In this document: positions 37,783 through 46,968 of the stretch, in pieces
Position numbering within the stretch: the stretch's first letter is position 1
Layout of the letters: each line of letters opens with the position of its first letter
Notes under the pieces: generated by a model
What the model was told of the DNA's origin: nothing
What the model saw: the letters and a program-made list of their open reading frames with translations, nothing else
The model's database searches: none
Made by a program: the position numbers and the translations under genes
From: Nitrospirota bacterium
GTDB taxonomy: Bacteria; Nitrospirota; Thermodesulfovibrionia; SZUA-242
Length of the DNA: 64,000 bases
NCBI GenBank assembly: GCA_027021335.1
Contig: JALUUO010000018.1
Span: forward strand, 1,571 to 65,570
Direction: 5' to 3'

Positions 37783-39366
37783 TTACCCCTTTGCCTCTAT
37801 TTCTCCATCCTTAGCCTGCTTAATTCGAATATGCCTGCGCCAGCCTTTAGTTTTTTCTTTGTAGTCGGATCGGTAATGCGCTCCGACGCTGTTTTGTCTT
37901 AGAAGCGCGGATGTGAGAATTATTTGAGATACTGTAAGCATGTTTTTGAGTTCCAGGTCAGGTCTTGTAAGAAGAGATGCACTCAATAAGTGTTTCCATG
38001 CCGAAAGTTTTTTCTGGGCCTGTAGAAGTGATTTTTCGCATCTGATTATGCCCACCTTCTGCCACATGATTTTACGCAGGTTATCTCGTATTTTTTCGGT
38101 ATTTCCCTTTTTTATCTCATATGCTTCTGGATGTGTAATACGCTTTAAGTTTCTGGGCAGGTTGACTGTTTCACCGTATTTTACTGCTGCTTGACCGGCA
38201 CGCGCACCGAAAACCAGGCCTTCAAGCAGGCTGTTTGATGCCAGGCGGTTTGCTCCGTGTATGCCTGTGCAGGCTACCTCGCCGGCTGCGAAAAGTCCTT
38301 TTAAACTCGATTCACCGTTGATGTTTGTTTTTATGCCGCCCATAATGTAATGTGCCGAAGGCGAGACAGGAATCGGTTTCTCAGTGATGTTGATATTAAA
38401 GCTCAGGCATGTAGTGTAAATTCTAGGAAATCTTTTTTTGATAAAAGCCGGTTCTATGTGTGTTAGATCAAGATGAACGTATTTAGTTCTGGTTCGCACC
38501 ATTTCGGAAAGTATCGCTCTGCAGACCACGTCGCGTGGCGCTAATTCAGCGTCAGGGTGGTACCTGCTCATGAATCGTTTCCCGTTTTGATTCCTTAGAA
38601 CCGCACCTTCACCACGCATTGCTTCGCTTAAGAGAAATTGGGGTGCCCCTGGAACGAAAAGGCTGGTAGGGTGAAACTGTATGAACTCCATGTCTTCCAC
38701 TACCGCTCCTGCCCTGTAACCCATTGCGATACCGTCACCTGTAGCTACAGGTGGATTTGTGGTACGGGAGAAGAGCCGTCCTGCCCCACCTGTGGCCAGG
38801 ATCACGGCTCGGGCATAACATGCGATAAGTTCGTCTCCACGAACAAGCAGTACCCCTGTGCAGATGCCGTCCTCAACGATCAGGTCCACTGTGCAGGAGT
38901 GAGAATAGCGTGTTATGTTTTTAAAATTTCTTACTTTACGAAGAAGAGATCTCTCGATTTCCTTGCCAGTGGAATCGCCTTTTGCGCTGAGAATGCGCCT
39001 TCTGGAATGAGCCGCCTCCTGTGTGAAAGCCAGTGAGAAACCTTTTTTATCAAACTGAGTTCCCCAGTTGATAAGCTCGGTTATCCGGTCCGGTCCCTCT
39101 TCCACAAGAGTCCGCACGGCTTCGCTGCGGCAAAGCCCGTCACCTGCTTTCAGTGTATCACGGTAATGGAAAGAAACTTCGTCGTCGTCGCTTAGAGCGA
39201 CCGCAACGCCACCCTGAGCGTACTCGGTGCTCGACTCTGAAGGCTTGTCTTTGGTCACAACCAAAACTCGCCCGAACGGGGCAAGTTCAATAGCTGCACG
39301 GAGGCCTGCAACGCCACTGCCTATTACAATATAGTCGGTGCGGCGAACTCTGGAAATAAAACTCAC
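37783..39366 (-). CDS. nadB: L-aspartate oxidase
   Basis: FAD-binding N-terminus DYIVIGSGVAGLRAAIEL; fumarate-reductase/succinate-dehydrogenase flavoprotein-family core; 527 aa, typical of NadB. No FrdBCD/SdhBCD genes are adjacent. Confidence 0.65.
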   Translation of the reverse strand: MSFISRVRRTDYIVIGSGVAGLRAAIELAPFGRVLVVTKDKPSESSTEYAQGGVAVALSDDDEVSFHYRDTLKAGDGLCRSEAVRTLVEEGPDRITELINWGTQFDKKGFSLAFTQEAAHSRRRILSAKGDSTGKEIERSLLRKVRNFKNITRYSHSCTVDLIVEDGICTGVLLVRGDELIACYARAVILATGGAGRLFSRTTNPPVATGDGIAMGYRAGAVVEDMEFIQFHPTSLFVPGAPQFLLSEAMRGEGAVLRNQNGKRFMSRYHPDAELAPRDVVCRAILSEMVRTRTKYVHLDLTHIEPAFIKKRFPRIYTTCLSFNINITEKPIPVSPSAHYIMGGIKTNINGESSLKGLFAAGEVACTGIHGANRLASNSLLEGLVFGARAGQAAVKYGETVNLPRNLKRITHPEAYEIKKGNTEKIRDNLRKIMWQKVGIIRCEKSLLQAQKKLSAWKHLLSASLLTRPDLELKNMLTVSQIILTSALLRQNSVGAHYRSDYKEKTKGWRRHIRIKQAKDGEIEAKG

Positions 39367-39436
39367 AAGAATATTGTCAGAAAATCTAAGATAATGAAAA
39401 GAGGTTTATGGCAAGGAGCCGCGGTCCATTTCTCTT

Positions 39437-40054
39437 TTATTTCTGTCCTATAAAATCTTCGATATTAAGTATCGAGTATGTGGGATAGCCCCGGCGGCTG
39501 ATATTCTCCATGCCATTTTGCTCACAGCGGTTTACAAGCACAATAACCGCCAGGATTTTAACACCGAACTCTTCGGCAATCTCTATAGCCTTGATCGTTG
39601 ATGCTCCGGTTGTAACCACATCGTCTATAATCAACGCGGTATCTCCTGGTTTAACATACCCCTCAAGCTGAAGCTTCATGCCATGCTGTTTAGGCTCTTT
39701 GCGAATAACAAATGCTTCAATAGCCGGCTGCCTTGTAAAAGAGGCCATGGCTATGGCATCTGCTATTGGATCGGCTCCCATTGTAAGGCCTCCGACAGAG
39801 ATTGGTCTGATGCCTAGTTCATTCAGCTTATCCAGGTATAACTTGCCTATTAGAGTAAGACCCTCGGGAGAGTGTGTAACCGGTTTCATATTGAAATAAA
39901 AGCGGCTCATGCCACCGGAAGAGAGATGAAAGCTGGGCTCTTCCGTCATTTTGAAAGAGCGCTTTTTTATTAGTTCAATAAGTCTGTTTTTTGCCGTGTT
40001 CATGGTAAGCAATAGTAGCAGAGGGTTTAAGGTTGTTTCAACCGTTTTTGTCAT
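39437..40054 (-). CDS. pyrE: orotate phosphoribosyltransferase
   Basis: PRTase motif LIIDDVVTTGAST and FHLSSGGMSRFYFN. The true start may be the internal Met (MNTAKN, at 40003). Confidence 0.7.
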   Translation of the reverse strand: MTKTVETTLNPLLLLLTMNTAKNRLIELIKKRSFKMTEEPSFHLSSGGMSRFYFNMKPVTHSPEGLTLIGKLYLDKLNELGIRPISVGGLTMGADPIADAIAMASFTRQPAIEAFVIRKEPKQHGMKLQLEGYVKPGDTALIIDDVVTTGASTIKAIEIAEEFGVKILAVIVLVNRCEQNGMENISRRGYPTYSILNIEDFIGQK

Positions 40055-40094
40055 GTATTATTAAAAAATTGCAAATAATTTTAGGAGGGAAGGC

Positions 40095-40427
40095 ATGAGT
40101 GACTACTATAATGATGAGGATCTTGACCGATTTAGCGAGGTTGGAAAATACAGCCCGGAACTTTTCAAGGATTTTATGCGGTGGTATAACTCCGCTTTGA
40201 AGCCGGGTGTGCTTACTAAAAGGGAAAAAGTGCTTATAGCGCTTGGTGTTGCGCATGCCGTTCAGTGTCCGTATTGCATAGACGCATATACCAAAAGCGC
40301 TCTTGAGGAAGGCATGAGTCTCGAACATGTAACCGAGTCTGTTCATGTGGCCTCTGCCATACGAGGAGGCGCTTCCCTGATTCACGCTCTGCAGGCACAT
40401 AACTCAGTAGATAAAATGTCTATGTAA
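40095..40427 (+). CDS. carboxymuconolactone decarboxylase / AhpD-family CxxC protein (peroxidase-like)
   Basis: 110 aa with the AhpD-core motif LIALGVAHAVQCPYCIDAYT. Confidence 0.6.
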   Translation: MSDYYNDEDLDRFSEVGKYSPELFKDFMRWYNSALKPGVLTKREKVLIALGVAHAVQCPYCIDAYTKSALEEGMSLEHVTESVHVASAIRGGASLIHALQAHNSVDKMSM

Positions 40428-40443
40428 AGCAGGTCTGAACTTC

Positions 40444-41391
40444 ATGAAATTTGTCGACAAAGTAGCAGCCCTAGGCAGGGGGACCCTGCGGGCCGGGTAT
40501 ATTGACGTACTTCAGGTTAACCTTGGGTACAAGTGCAATATGTTGTGTAAGCATTGCCACGTAATGGCCGGACCAATCAGAACCGAGATGATGGACAGGG
40601 AGAATATTGATGCGGTGATCCGTGTTTTAGAAGAGAATTTGGAAGATAATCAGATCAATGTTCTTGACCTGACAGGCGGCGCACCCGAACTTAACCCCGG
40701 CTTTCAGTATCTTGTCGAAAGTGCCGGGGCCCTGGGCAAACATGTTGTTGTGCGTAGCAACCTTACGATTTTCTTCGAGAAAGGGATGGAAAATCTGCCC
40801 GACCTGTACAGAGACAACCGTGTAGAGATTATCGCATCTCTGCCGTATTATATGGAAGAGAATGTGAACAGGGTGCGTGGCGCTGGAACCTTTGACAAAA
40901 GCATTCAGGCGCTTCGGATGTTAAACAGTCTGGGTTATGCTCATGAATCTACAGGGCTTAAGTTAAACCTGGTATACAATCCGCCAGGAGCTTTTCTTCC
41001 GCCGCAACAGGACCTGCTGGAGGCAGAGTATAAAAGGGAACTACAGAGCAAATTCGGTATTTCGTTTAACAGTCTTTACACGTTCACCAATATGCCGATA
41101 GGCAGGTTTAAAGATTTTCTTATGCGAACCGGCAATGCCGGACAATACCTGAATAAGCTTGCATCTTCTTTCAATCCTGATACGCTTGAAGGCGTAATGT
41201 GCAGATTTATTGTCAGCGTTGCCTGGGACGGAAAGCTTTTCGACTGCGATTTCAATCAGGTTATCGGTCTTTCTGTGGCTGATGAATATCCGCAACACAT
41301 AAGGGATTTTAACTACTTAAGCCTCTCGCAAAGACAGATAGCAGTAGGCGAGCATTGTTACGGCTGTACCGCGGGCCAGGGCTCGACTTGA
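40444..41391 (+). CDS. radical SAM protein with a Cys-rich C-terminal domain (ArsS-like architecture)
   Basis: CNMLCKHC (CxxxCxxC) 4Fe-4S/SAM motif near the N-terminus. C-terminal Cys cluster (CRF...DCDF...CYGC). 315 aa. Lies 16 bp downstream of the AhpD-like gene. Confidence 0.55.
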   Translation: MKFVDKVAALGRGTLRAGYIDVLQVNLGYKCNMLCKHCHVMAGPIRTEMMDRENIDAVIRVLEENLEDNQINVLDLTGGAPELNPGFQYLVESAGALGKHVVVRSNLTIFFEKGMENLPDLYRDNRVEIIASLPYYMEENVNRVRGAGTFDKSIQALRMLNSLGYAHESTGLKLNLVYNPPGAFLPPQQDLLEAEYKRELQSKFGISFNSLYTFTNMPIGRFKDFLMRTGNAGQYLNKLASSFNPDTLEGVMCRFIVSVAWDGKLFDCDFNQVIGLSVADEYPQHIRDFNYLSLSQRQIAVGEHCYGCTAGQGST

Positions 41392-41487
41392 ATAGGCGCG
41401 GTCCGGTAAGCAGGCAGGTGGCCTGTGAAACATTAATACACATAATTAAAATAATTAGTATAATTAAGACGGAGGTTCCCTTAGTTT

Positions 41488-42459
41488 ATGTTTCCTATTC
41501 ATCGTCCAAGAAGACTTCGCCGGAGTGAAACTCTACGCTCCATGGTGCGTGAAACCAGTATTTCGCCGCAAAATTTCATCTATCCGGTGTTTGTTACATA
41601 CGGGAAAGGGGTGCGTAAGGAAATTCCCTCAATGCCGGGATGCTTTCAGGAATCCGTGGATATGCTTGTCGAGAATGTTTGTGATGCCTGGCGGCTGGGT
41701 GTGCCGGCAGTGATTATCTTTGGTATTCCGGAGCAGAAGGATGAATTAGGTTCAGGCGCTTACGATCCGGACGGAGTGGTTCAAAAAGCGGTTCGCGCGC
41801 TTAAAGATTCACTCCCGGACCTTGTGGTCATAACAGATGTCTGTCTCTGCGAGTTCACCAGTCATGGACATTGCGGCGTAGTTGCAGACGGCGAGACACT
41901 CAATGACCCGACAATTGAACTTCTTGCCCGTGAGGCGCTGACTCATGCCCAGGCCGGAGCCGACATGGTGGCTCCATCGGATATGATGGACGGCAGGGTA
42001 TCGGCCATAAGAAAGATACTGGATGACAACGGCTTTCAGCATATTCCGATCATGAGCTATGCAGCTAAGTATTCGTCGGCATTTTATGGCCCTTTCCGGG
42101 AGGCTGCCGAGTCGACTCCGCAGTTCGGTGACCGTCGTTCCTACCAGATGGATCCGCCTAACAGCAGGGAAGCATTACATGAAGCCGCCCTGGATATGGA
42201 AGAAGGAGCCGACATAATAATGGTTAAGCCGGCTCTTTCTTACCTGGATGTGATATGCAGAATTCGTGAGCGTTTTGATATCCCGGTTGCGGCTTACAAT
42301 GTCAGTGGAGAGTATTCCATGCTTAAGGCCGGTGTCAAACTTGGCTGGATAGACGGTGATAGAGTTATGATGGAGGTGCTTACCTCGATCAAGCGTGCCG
42401 GGGCTGATCTTATTTTAACCTATCATGCGAAAGAGGCTGCTGCGCTTTTAAATGGATGA
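41488..42459 (+). CDS. hemB: delta-aminolevulinic acid dehydratase (porphobilinogen synthase)
   Basis: [24 protein letters not shown]-terminus, active-site region, and C-terminal YHAKEAA; 323 aa. Confidence 0.85.
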   Translation: MFPIHRPRRLRRSETLRSMVRETSISPQNFIYPVFVTYGKGVRKEIPSMPGCFQESVDMLVENVCDAWRLGVPAVIIFGIPEQKDELGSGAYDPDGVVQKAVRALKDSLPDLVVITDVCLCEFTSHGHCGVVADGETLNDPTIELLAREALTHAQAGADMVAPSDMMDGRVSAIRKILDDNGFQHIPIMSYAAKYSSAFYGPFREAAESTPQFGDRRSYQMDPPNSREALHEAALDMEEGADIIMVKPALSYLDVICRIRERFDIPVAAYNVSGEYSMLKAGVKLGWIDGDRVMMEVLTSIKRAGADLILTYHAKEAAALLNG

Positions 42460-42493
42460 TTCGGGAGAAATTTAAAGTAGTAGTGCCGGTTTT

Positions 42494-43234
42494 TTAGATC
42501 TCGGGCCTGGTGGCTATTAGCCAGATGGATGCCATATGTCGTTCCTGATAAACTCTAACCAGACCCAGTCGCAGAATCTCCAGAAGTGCAAGGAAAGTAA
42601 CGACAAGTTCCCGGCGTGTTCTGGTGCCGATAAATAGATCGTCGAAACGCATGTTATCCAGCCCTTCGAGCCGTTCTATAATAGTGTTTATTTTATCTTT
42701 AACGGTTAGAACCTCACGTGTTATTTCTCCCATGCCGGCTGGTGTATTTTCGAGCATTTTCTTGAAAGCTGACAGAAGATCAAACAGGTTGAAATCAAAT
42801 AGCATGGGTTGAGAAGGTTCCTGCACAATTATTTCCCTGTCGTCTTCCACAGGCGGGCGTGAAAATACTAACCGCCATACATCCTCGAGCCGCCTGAAAT
42901 CTTTTGTTGTTTCTTTGAATTTCTCGAATTCAAGAAGTCGTTCCACAAGCTCTGTGCGTGGGTCCTCTGGTTCCTCACCCTTGGCAGGTTCATCCGGGGG
43001 AAGCAGCATGCGTGACTTTATGTGTATCAAAGTGGCTGCCAGAACAAGAAAGTCTCCGGCCACCTCCAGATCGAATTCTTTCATGAGCTCTAGCGTGTCG
43101 AGGTATTTTTGGGTAATGTCGGCTATCGGAATATCGTATATATCCAGCTTGTTTTCGCGAATCAGGTGAAGTAGGAGGTCCATAGGACCTTCGAATATTG
43201 GAAGAGCAACCTGGTACTGGTTTTTAAGAGGCAT
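42494..43234 (-). CDS. scpA: segregation and condensation protein A
   Basis: N-terminus FEGPMDLLLHLIRENKLDIYDIPIADITQKYL is the ScpA signature; 246 aa. Confidence 0.8.
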   Translation of the reverse strand: MPLKNQYQVALPIFEGPMDLLLHLIRENKLDIYDIPIADITQKYLDTLELMKEFDLEVAGDFLVLAATLIHIKSRMLLPPDEPAKGEEPEDPRTELVERLLEFEKFKETTKDFRRLEDVWRLVFSRPPVEDDREIIVQEPSQPMLFDFNLFDLLSAFKKMLENTPAGMGEITREVLTVKDKINTIIERLEGLDNMRFDDLFIGTRTRRELVVTFLALLEILRLGLVRVYQERHMASIWLIATRPEI

Positions 43235-43337
43235 GCGCTAATTATAGCTTGATACAGGAGCCGACTTGCAAGCTGCTGCAGCTAAAAATCCAGGTGCGAC
43301 CTCTGAAAAAGGCTTAAAGAGCTCAACTTGAATATGA

Positions 43338-44471
43338 TTAAAGCCGGCTCACTGCGGTTGAGGTCCCTAGTTTTTGTGAATCTGTATGAGAAATTCCTTT
43401 TAACTCATTCATCAGCTCATGGACAGACATTATGCGGTTTATGCGGTCAGCGTTTGTCCCGACAGTATAGATAGGTCTTTCCTTGTCCGAGTTGTAGTCT
43501 GCGGCGCTTGTGAGTCCGTTGCAAATACAGAAATAGGACTCATTGTCTTCCTTTGCCGGACATCGTGTATATTTTCCGTACTTATCTTTTGTCAGGACGT
43601 AACCCTTGTTGCACTTCGGCTTTCTGGCACGGCAAAGAGCATCTTGATACATTGGCGACTGCTTTATCACTCTGAAGGGAAGCCCACAAGGAGATCCTGG
43701 TTTGTGAGCCACAATAATGTCCTCGCTGTTTGCCTTCAGGACAGCTGCTTTATAGCTATCCGAGGCGGAACTTTCTTCTGTGGCCAGGAACCTTGTTCCC
43801 AGCTGTACGCCGTCAGCCCCTAGCTCCAGGAATCGTATGATATCATTATGCGTATATATTCCTCCTGCTACAATTACGGGAAAGTCGCCGTGTTTAATAG
43901 CGATCTCTTTAACAGGAGGCAGCAGGTTTTCCAGGCGGTTTTCCTCTAGATAGACCTGGTCAACCCGGAAACCCAAATGACCGCCTGCGAGTGGACCTTC
44001 TAAAATAGCGGCATCCGGCCGGTATCCCTGCCGCTGCCACCTTTTGCAGATAATATTCAGAGCTCTGGCTGATGATACAATAGGAATAAGGGCGGTATGC
44101 TTGACTTTTGCAATCGACGGCAGAGTCATAGGCAACCCGGCGCCGGAAATTATCATATCCGCCCCAGCGTCTATTGCGCCCCTTACAGAGTCCAGGAAGT
44201 CCCGTGCCAAAGCCACCATGATATTAATGCCAGTGACCCCACCACGGCTTTTAGCGAGTGAGACCTCTTCATAAGTGGCTTCATAAGCATTATACTTTTT
44301 GTTATTGCGCTTACTGAGTAACCGGTCAAGCGCAGCGCTCGAAATAATACCGGCCCCGCCTTCAGCTGCAACTGCACTGGCTAAGGGATAAAGGGAAACT
44401 CCAATCCCCATGCCGCCCTGTATGACTGGAACATCGAGCTTAAGATCTTTGATAATAAGCTGTGGAAACAT
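43338..44471 (-). CDS. nitronate monooxygenase / FabK-like FMN-dependent oxidoreductase family protein with a Cys-containing C-terminal extension
   Basis: LDVPVIQGGMGIGVS N-terminal NMO motif and a TIM-barrel FMN pattern. ~50 extra C-terminal residues with 5 Cys. Confidence 0.6.
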   Translation of the reverse strand: MFPQLIIKDLKLDVPVIQGGMGIGVSLYPLASAVAAEGGAGIISSAALDRLLSKRNNKKYNAYEATYEEVSLAKSRGGVTGINIMVALARDFLDSVRGAIDAGADMIISGAGLPMTLPSIAKVKHTALIPIVSSARALNIICKRWQRQGYRPDAAILEGPLAGGHLGFRVDQVYLEENRLENLLPPVKEIAIKHGDFPVIVAGGIYTHNDIIRFLELGADGVQLGTRFLATEESSASDSYKAAVLKANSEDIIVAHKPGSPCGLPFRVIKQSPMYQDALCRARKPKCNKGYVLTKDKYGKYTRCPAKEDNESYFCICNGLTSAADYNSDKERPIYTVGTNADRINRIMSVHELMNELKGISHTDSQKLGTSTAVSRL

Positions 44472-44629
44472 TTAAACGCGGTTAAAACCTCCGTTATACG
44501 CAGTAAAGGCCTGCTTGTGATCCCCAAAAAGGCCAAAGCCATTAAATTAAAGTATATAACAGTGTATAATCGCTTATCAGCGGTAGAATAATCAAGAATA
44601 ACCTTGAGCAGCTTAAGGAAAACATAACT

Positions 44630-45175
44630 ATGGCAAAATTATGTCCTCCATCAATGGCTTTTATGCTTTATAACCCTGTCAGGAAATTTTTAACTAATAG
44701 AATGCGTATTATTCGTGATGCCGGTATTAAAGCGGATTCAGTAGTCCTGGAGGTTGGTTGTGGCAACGGTTTTTTCACAGGTACCCTTGCACGGGCTGCC
44801 CGTAAGGTGATTGCGGTGGAGGTTCAAAAGGCTATGGCCGATAAGCTTTATATGAACCTTGGACAGGCAGCTCAACAGTCTTCCATCGAAATTCATGTGG
44901 AAGATATTGCAGAACTTTCTCTTCCGGCCGGAAGCGTGGACGTGGCGTTTCTGTATTACAGCTTCCATGAGATTCAAAACCAGGAGACTGCAGCGGCAGT
45001 CATAGCGCGAGCGGTAAAAAGCAGAGGTATTCTTGCGATTTACGAGCCTGCAATAGAGGTCGGAAACAATGCCATGAAGCAAACCATAGGTATTTTTGAA
45101 AAACATGGATTCAGCGCTCCTTTTCAGAGGGGAAAGACTATTTTCACCCGGCGGGCGTTGATGTTAAAAGCATAG
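44630..45175 (+). CDS. small class I SAM-dependent methyltransferase
   Basis: Motif I VLEVGCGNGFFT; 181 aa. Confidence 0.55.
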   Translation: MAKLCPPSMAFMLYNPVRKFLTNRMRIIRDAGIKADSVVLEVGCGNGFFTGTLARAARKVIAVEVQKAMADKLYMNLGQAAQQSSIEIHVEDIAELSLPAGSVDVAFLYYSFHEIQNQETAAAVIARAVKSRGILAIYEPAIEVGNNAMKQTIGIFEKHGFSAPFQRGKTIFTRRALMLKA

Positions 45176-45700
45176 ATGAAAAAGGGCCTGGATAATAGTG
45201 CCGAGTTGGAGATTCTGCGTAACGCAGGTTGTTCCGGGGATGTTATCGAACACTGTCTTGCGGTTTGTCGTCTTGCCACTTCGATAGCGGATGAACTAAA
45301 TATCCATACAGACAGGAACCTGTTAATGAGAGGCGCGTTGCTGCATGATATCGGCCGGAGCAAAACTCACGGGGTTGCTCATGTTACTGAAGGCGTGCGT
45401 ATGGCCAAAGAGCTTAAGCTCGGCCGTGAGATCGAAAGAATAATCGAGCGGCATATCGGTGCCGGGGTAACTGCGAAAGAAGCCGCAGTTCTGGGTCTTC
45501 CGGCAAAAGACCATATACCTGAGACACCGGAAGAAAAAATTATCGCTTATGCCGACAATCTTACACGCGGTAAAAAAATAGTCTCTTTTGAAGAAAGCCT
45601 GCGCATGTTTAAAGAAAAACTGGGGGCGGACTCTCCGGCTATAGACAGAATGATCCTGCTCCACAAGGAGCTTGAAGGCTGGAAAAAGCAACACCTGTGA
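45176..45700 (+). CDS. HD/HDIG-domain phosphohydrolase (TIGR00295-like small HD protein)
   Basis: H..H ... LLHDIGR (HD motif) ... D. Starts the nucleotide after the methyltransferase stop. Confidence 0.55.
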   Translation: MKKGLDNSAELEILRNAGCSGDVIEHCLAVCRLATSIADELNIHTDRNLLMRGALLHDIGRSKTHGVAHVTEGVRMAKELKLGREIERIIERHIGAGVTAKEAAVLGLPAKDHIPETPEEKIIAYADNLTRGKKIVSFEESLRMFKEKLGADSPAIDRMILLHKELEGWKKQHL

Positions 45701-46548
45701 ACCAGTACAAATACAGAGAAATTTCGAGTCCTTCCAACCAAGAGGTAAAGAACCTGCTTCGCCTTGTTAATGAGAGGGTGCATGGGGGAGAGGGTCGTAA
45801 GGTTTTTCTTGTCGAAGGGCCTCACCTGGTTGAGGTGGCCCTGGCTTCACAGTGTGTTATATTGAAGAGAGTTTTTATGTCATCCGCCTTTCTTGAAAAG
45901 TTGAAGGAAAAAGCGGGAAAAATAATTACCGAATTAGAGGCTGGCAGGGTAGATATAGTTCTGGCTTCAGAACGTGTAATTAAAAAACTTTCAAACACTC
46001 TTACTCCCCAGGGCATAATTGGTGTGGCCGAGATTATGCTTTCCGGCCTGGCCGAGGTTTGCATTAAAGGTGAAGCCTTTATTGTTGTGGCTGATGCTGT
46101 TCAAGACCCGGGGAATATGGGTTCTCTTATCAGAACCGCAGATGCGGCCGGAGCCGATGCCTTGGTTGTTCTGCCCGGCTCATGCGACCCATACATGCCC
46201 AAGGCCCTTCGCGCAGCAGCTGGAAGTCTTTTCAATATTCCCGTAGTACAGGCGGATTACGGTACATTTGTACATTGGTCAACCGAAAAAAATATAAGGA
46301 TAATAGGTGCCGACTCCTCTGCTGAAAAAAATATCTATAAAACATCCCTGTCCGGGCCGCTCTGCCTGGTATTTGGGAATGAAGGGCAGGGCCTGAGCCG
46401 TCCGGTACGGAAGGTTCTTGCAGAAGCGGTTGCGGTCCCTATACCGGGCCGGGCCGAGAGTCTTAATGTGGCAGCAGCCGCAGCGGTCTGTATTTTTGAA
46501 GTGATCAGGCAACGACAGGAAAAGCAAGGCGTTTATTTAACTCAATAA
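45697..46548 (+). CDS. TrmH/SpoU-family RNA 2'-O-methyltransferase
   Basis: SPOUT motifs VVADAVQDPGNMGSLIRTADAAGADALVV and LVFGNEGQGLS; 4-nt overlap with the upstream gene. Confidence 0.7.
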   Translation: MNQYKYREISSPSNQEVKNLLRLVNERVHGGEGRKVFLVEGPHLVEVALASQCVILKRVFMSSAFLEKLKEKAGKIITELEAGRVDIVLASERVIKKLSNTLTPQGIIGVAEIMLSGLAEVCIKGEAFIVVADAVQDPGNMGSLIRTADAAGADALVVLPGSCDPYMPKALRAAAGSLFNIPVVQADYGTFVHWSTEKNIRIIGADSSAEKNIYKTSLSGPLCLVFGNEGQGLSRPVRKVLAEAVAVPIPGRAESLNVAAAAAVCIFEVIRQRQEKQGVYLTQ

Positions 46549-46560
46549 GGAGAGACACCA

Positions 46561-46956
46561 ATGTCAGAACAATGGAAAGAAACAGTGGAAGATAGAAAAG
46601 AAATGGCAGAGAATATTGATTTTTCCGAGGAAGAAGAACAAATATACGAGGAATCCATAACCCGTATAAAAGAAGGTATGGACTCAGGCCTGGGTTTTGA
46701 CGAGGTCTGTTCGAAACTCGTTATTAAGGACAAGGAGTTCAAGCGCTTAATAATAGACGATTACTTGAAGATGGCCATTGCAGATCTGCATTTCAGTAAG
46801 GAGCAATCCACACAGGAAGTGGCTGATATACTTAAGATTCCGGAGAGCAGGGTTGCTAGTGCACGGGCTGAAATGCTGGAAGAAGTGCTCCAGACATCTA
46901 TTGATACCTATCATTCTGAGACCGGCAGAGACGAGGGGCCGACCGGTAATGCCTGA
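46561..46956 (+). CDS. hypothetical acidic protein
   Basis: 131-aa ORF within a tight co-directional gene series; no recognisable motif. Confidence 0.4.
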   Translation: MSEQWKETVEDRKEMAENIDFSEEEEQIYEESITRIKEGMDSGLGFDEVCSKLVIKDKEFKRLIIDDYLKMAIADLHFSKEQSTQEVADILKIPESRVASARAEMLEEVLQTSIDTYHSETGRDEGPTGNA

Positions 46957-46968
46957 GGACGTAATATT

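Noticed and set aside
43338-44471. NMO-family protein as enoyl-ACP reductase FabK, partnering the orphan fabF at 2941
   Set aside because: NMO/FabK-family membership alone does not establish enoyl-ACP reductase activity. The genes are 40 kb apart and on opposite strands, and the Cys-rich C-terminal extension is atypical for FabK. It is left as a generic NMO-family oxidoreductase.
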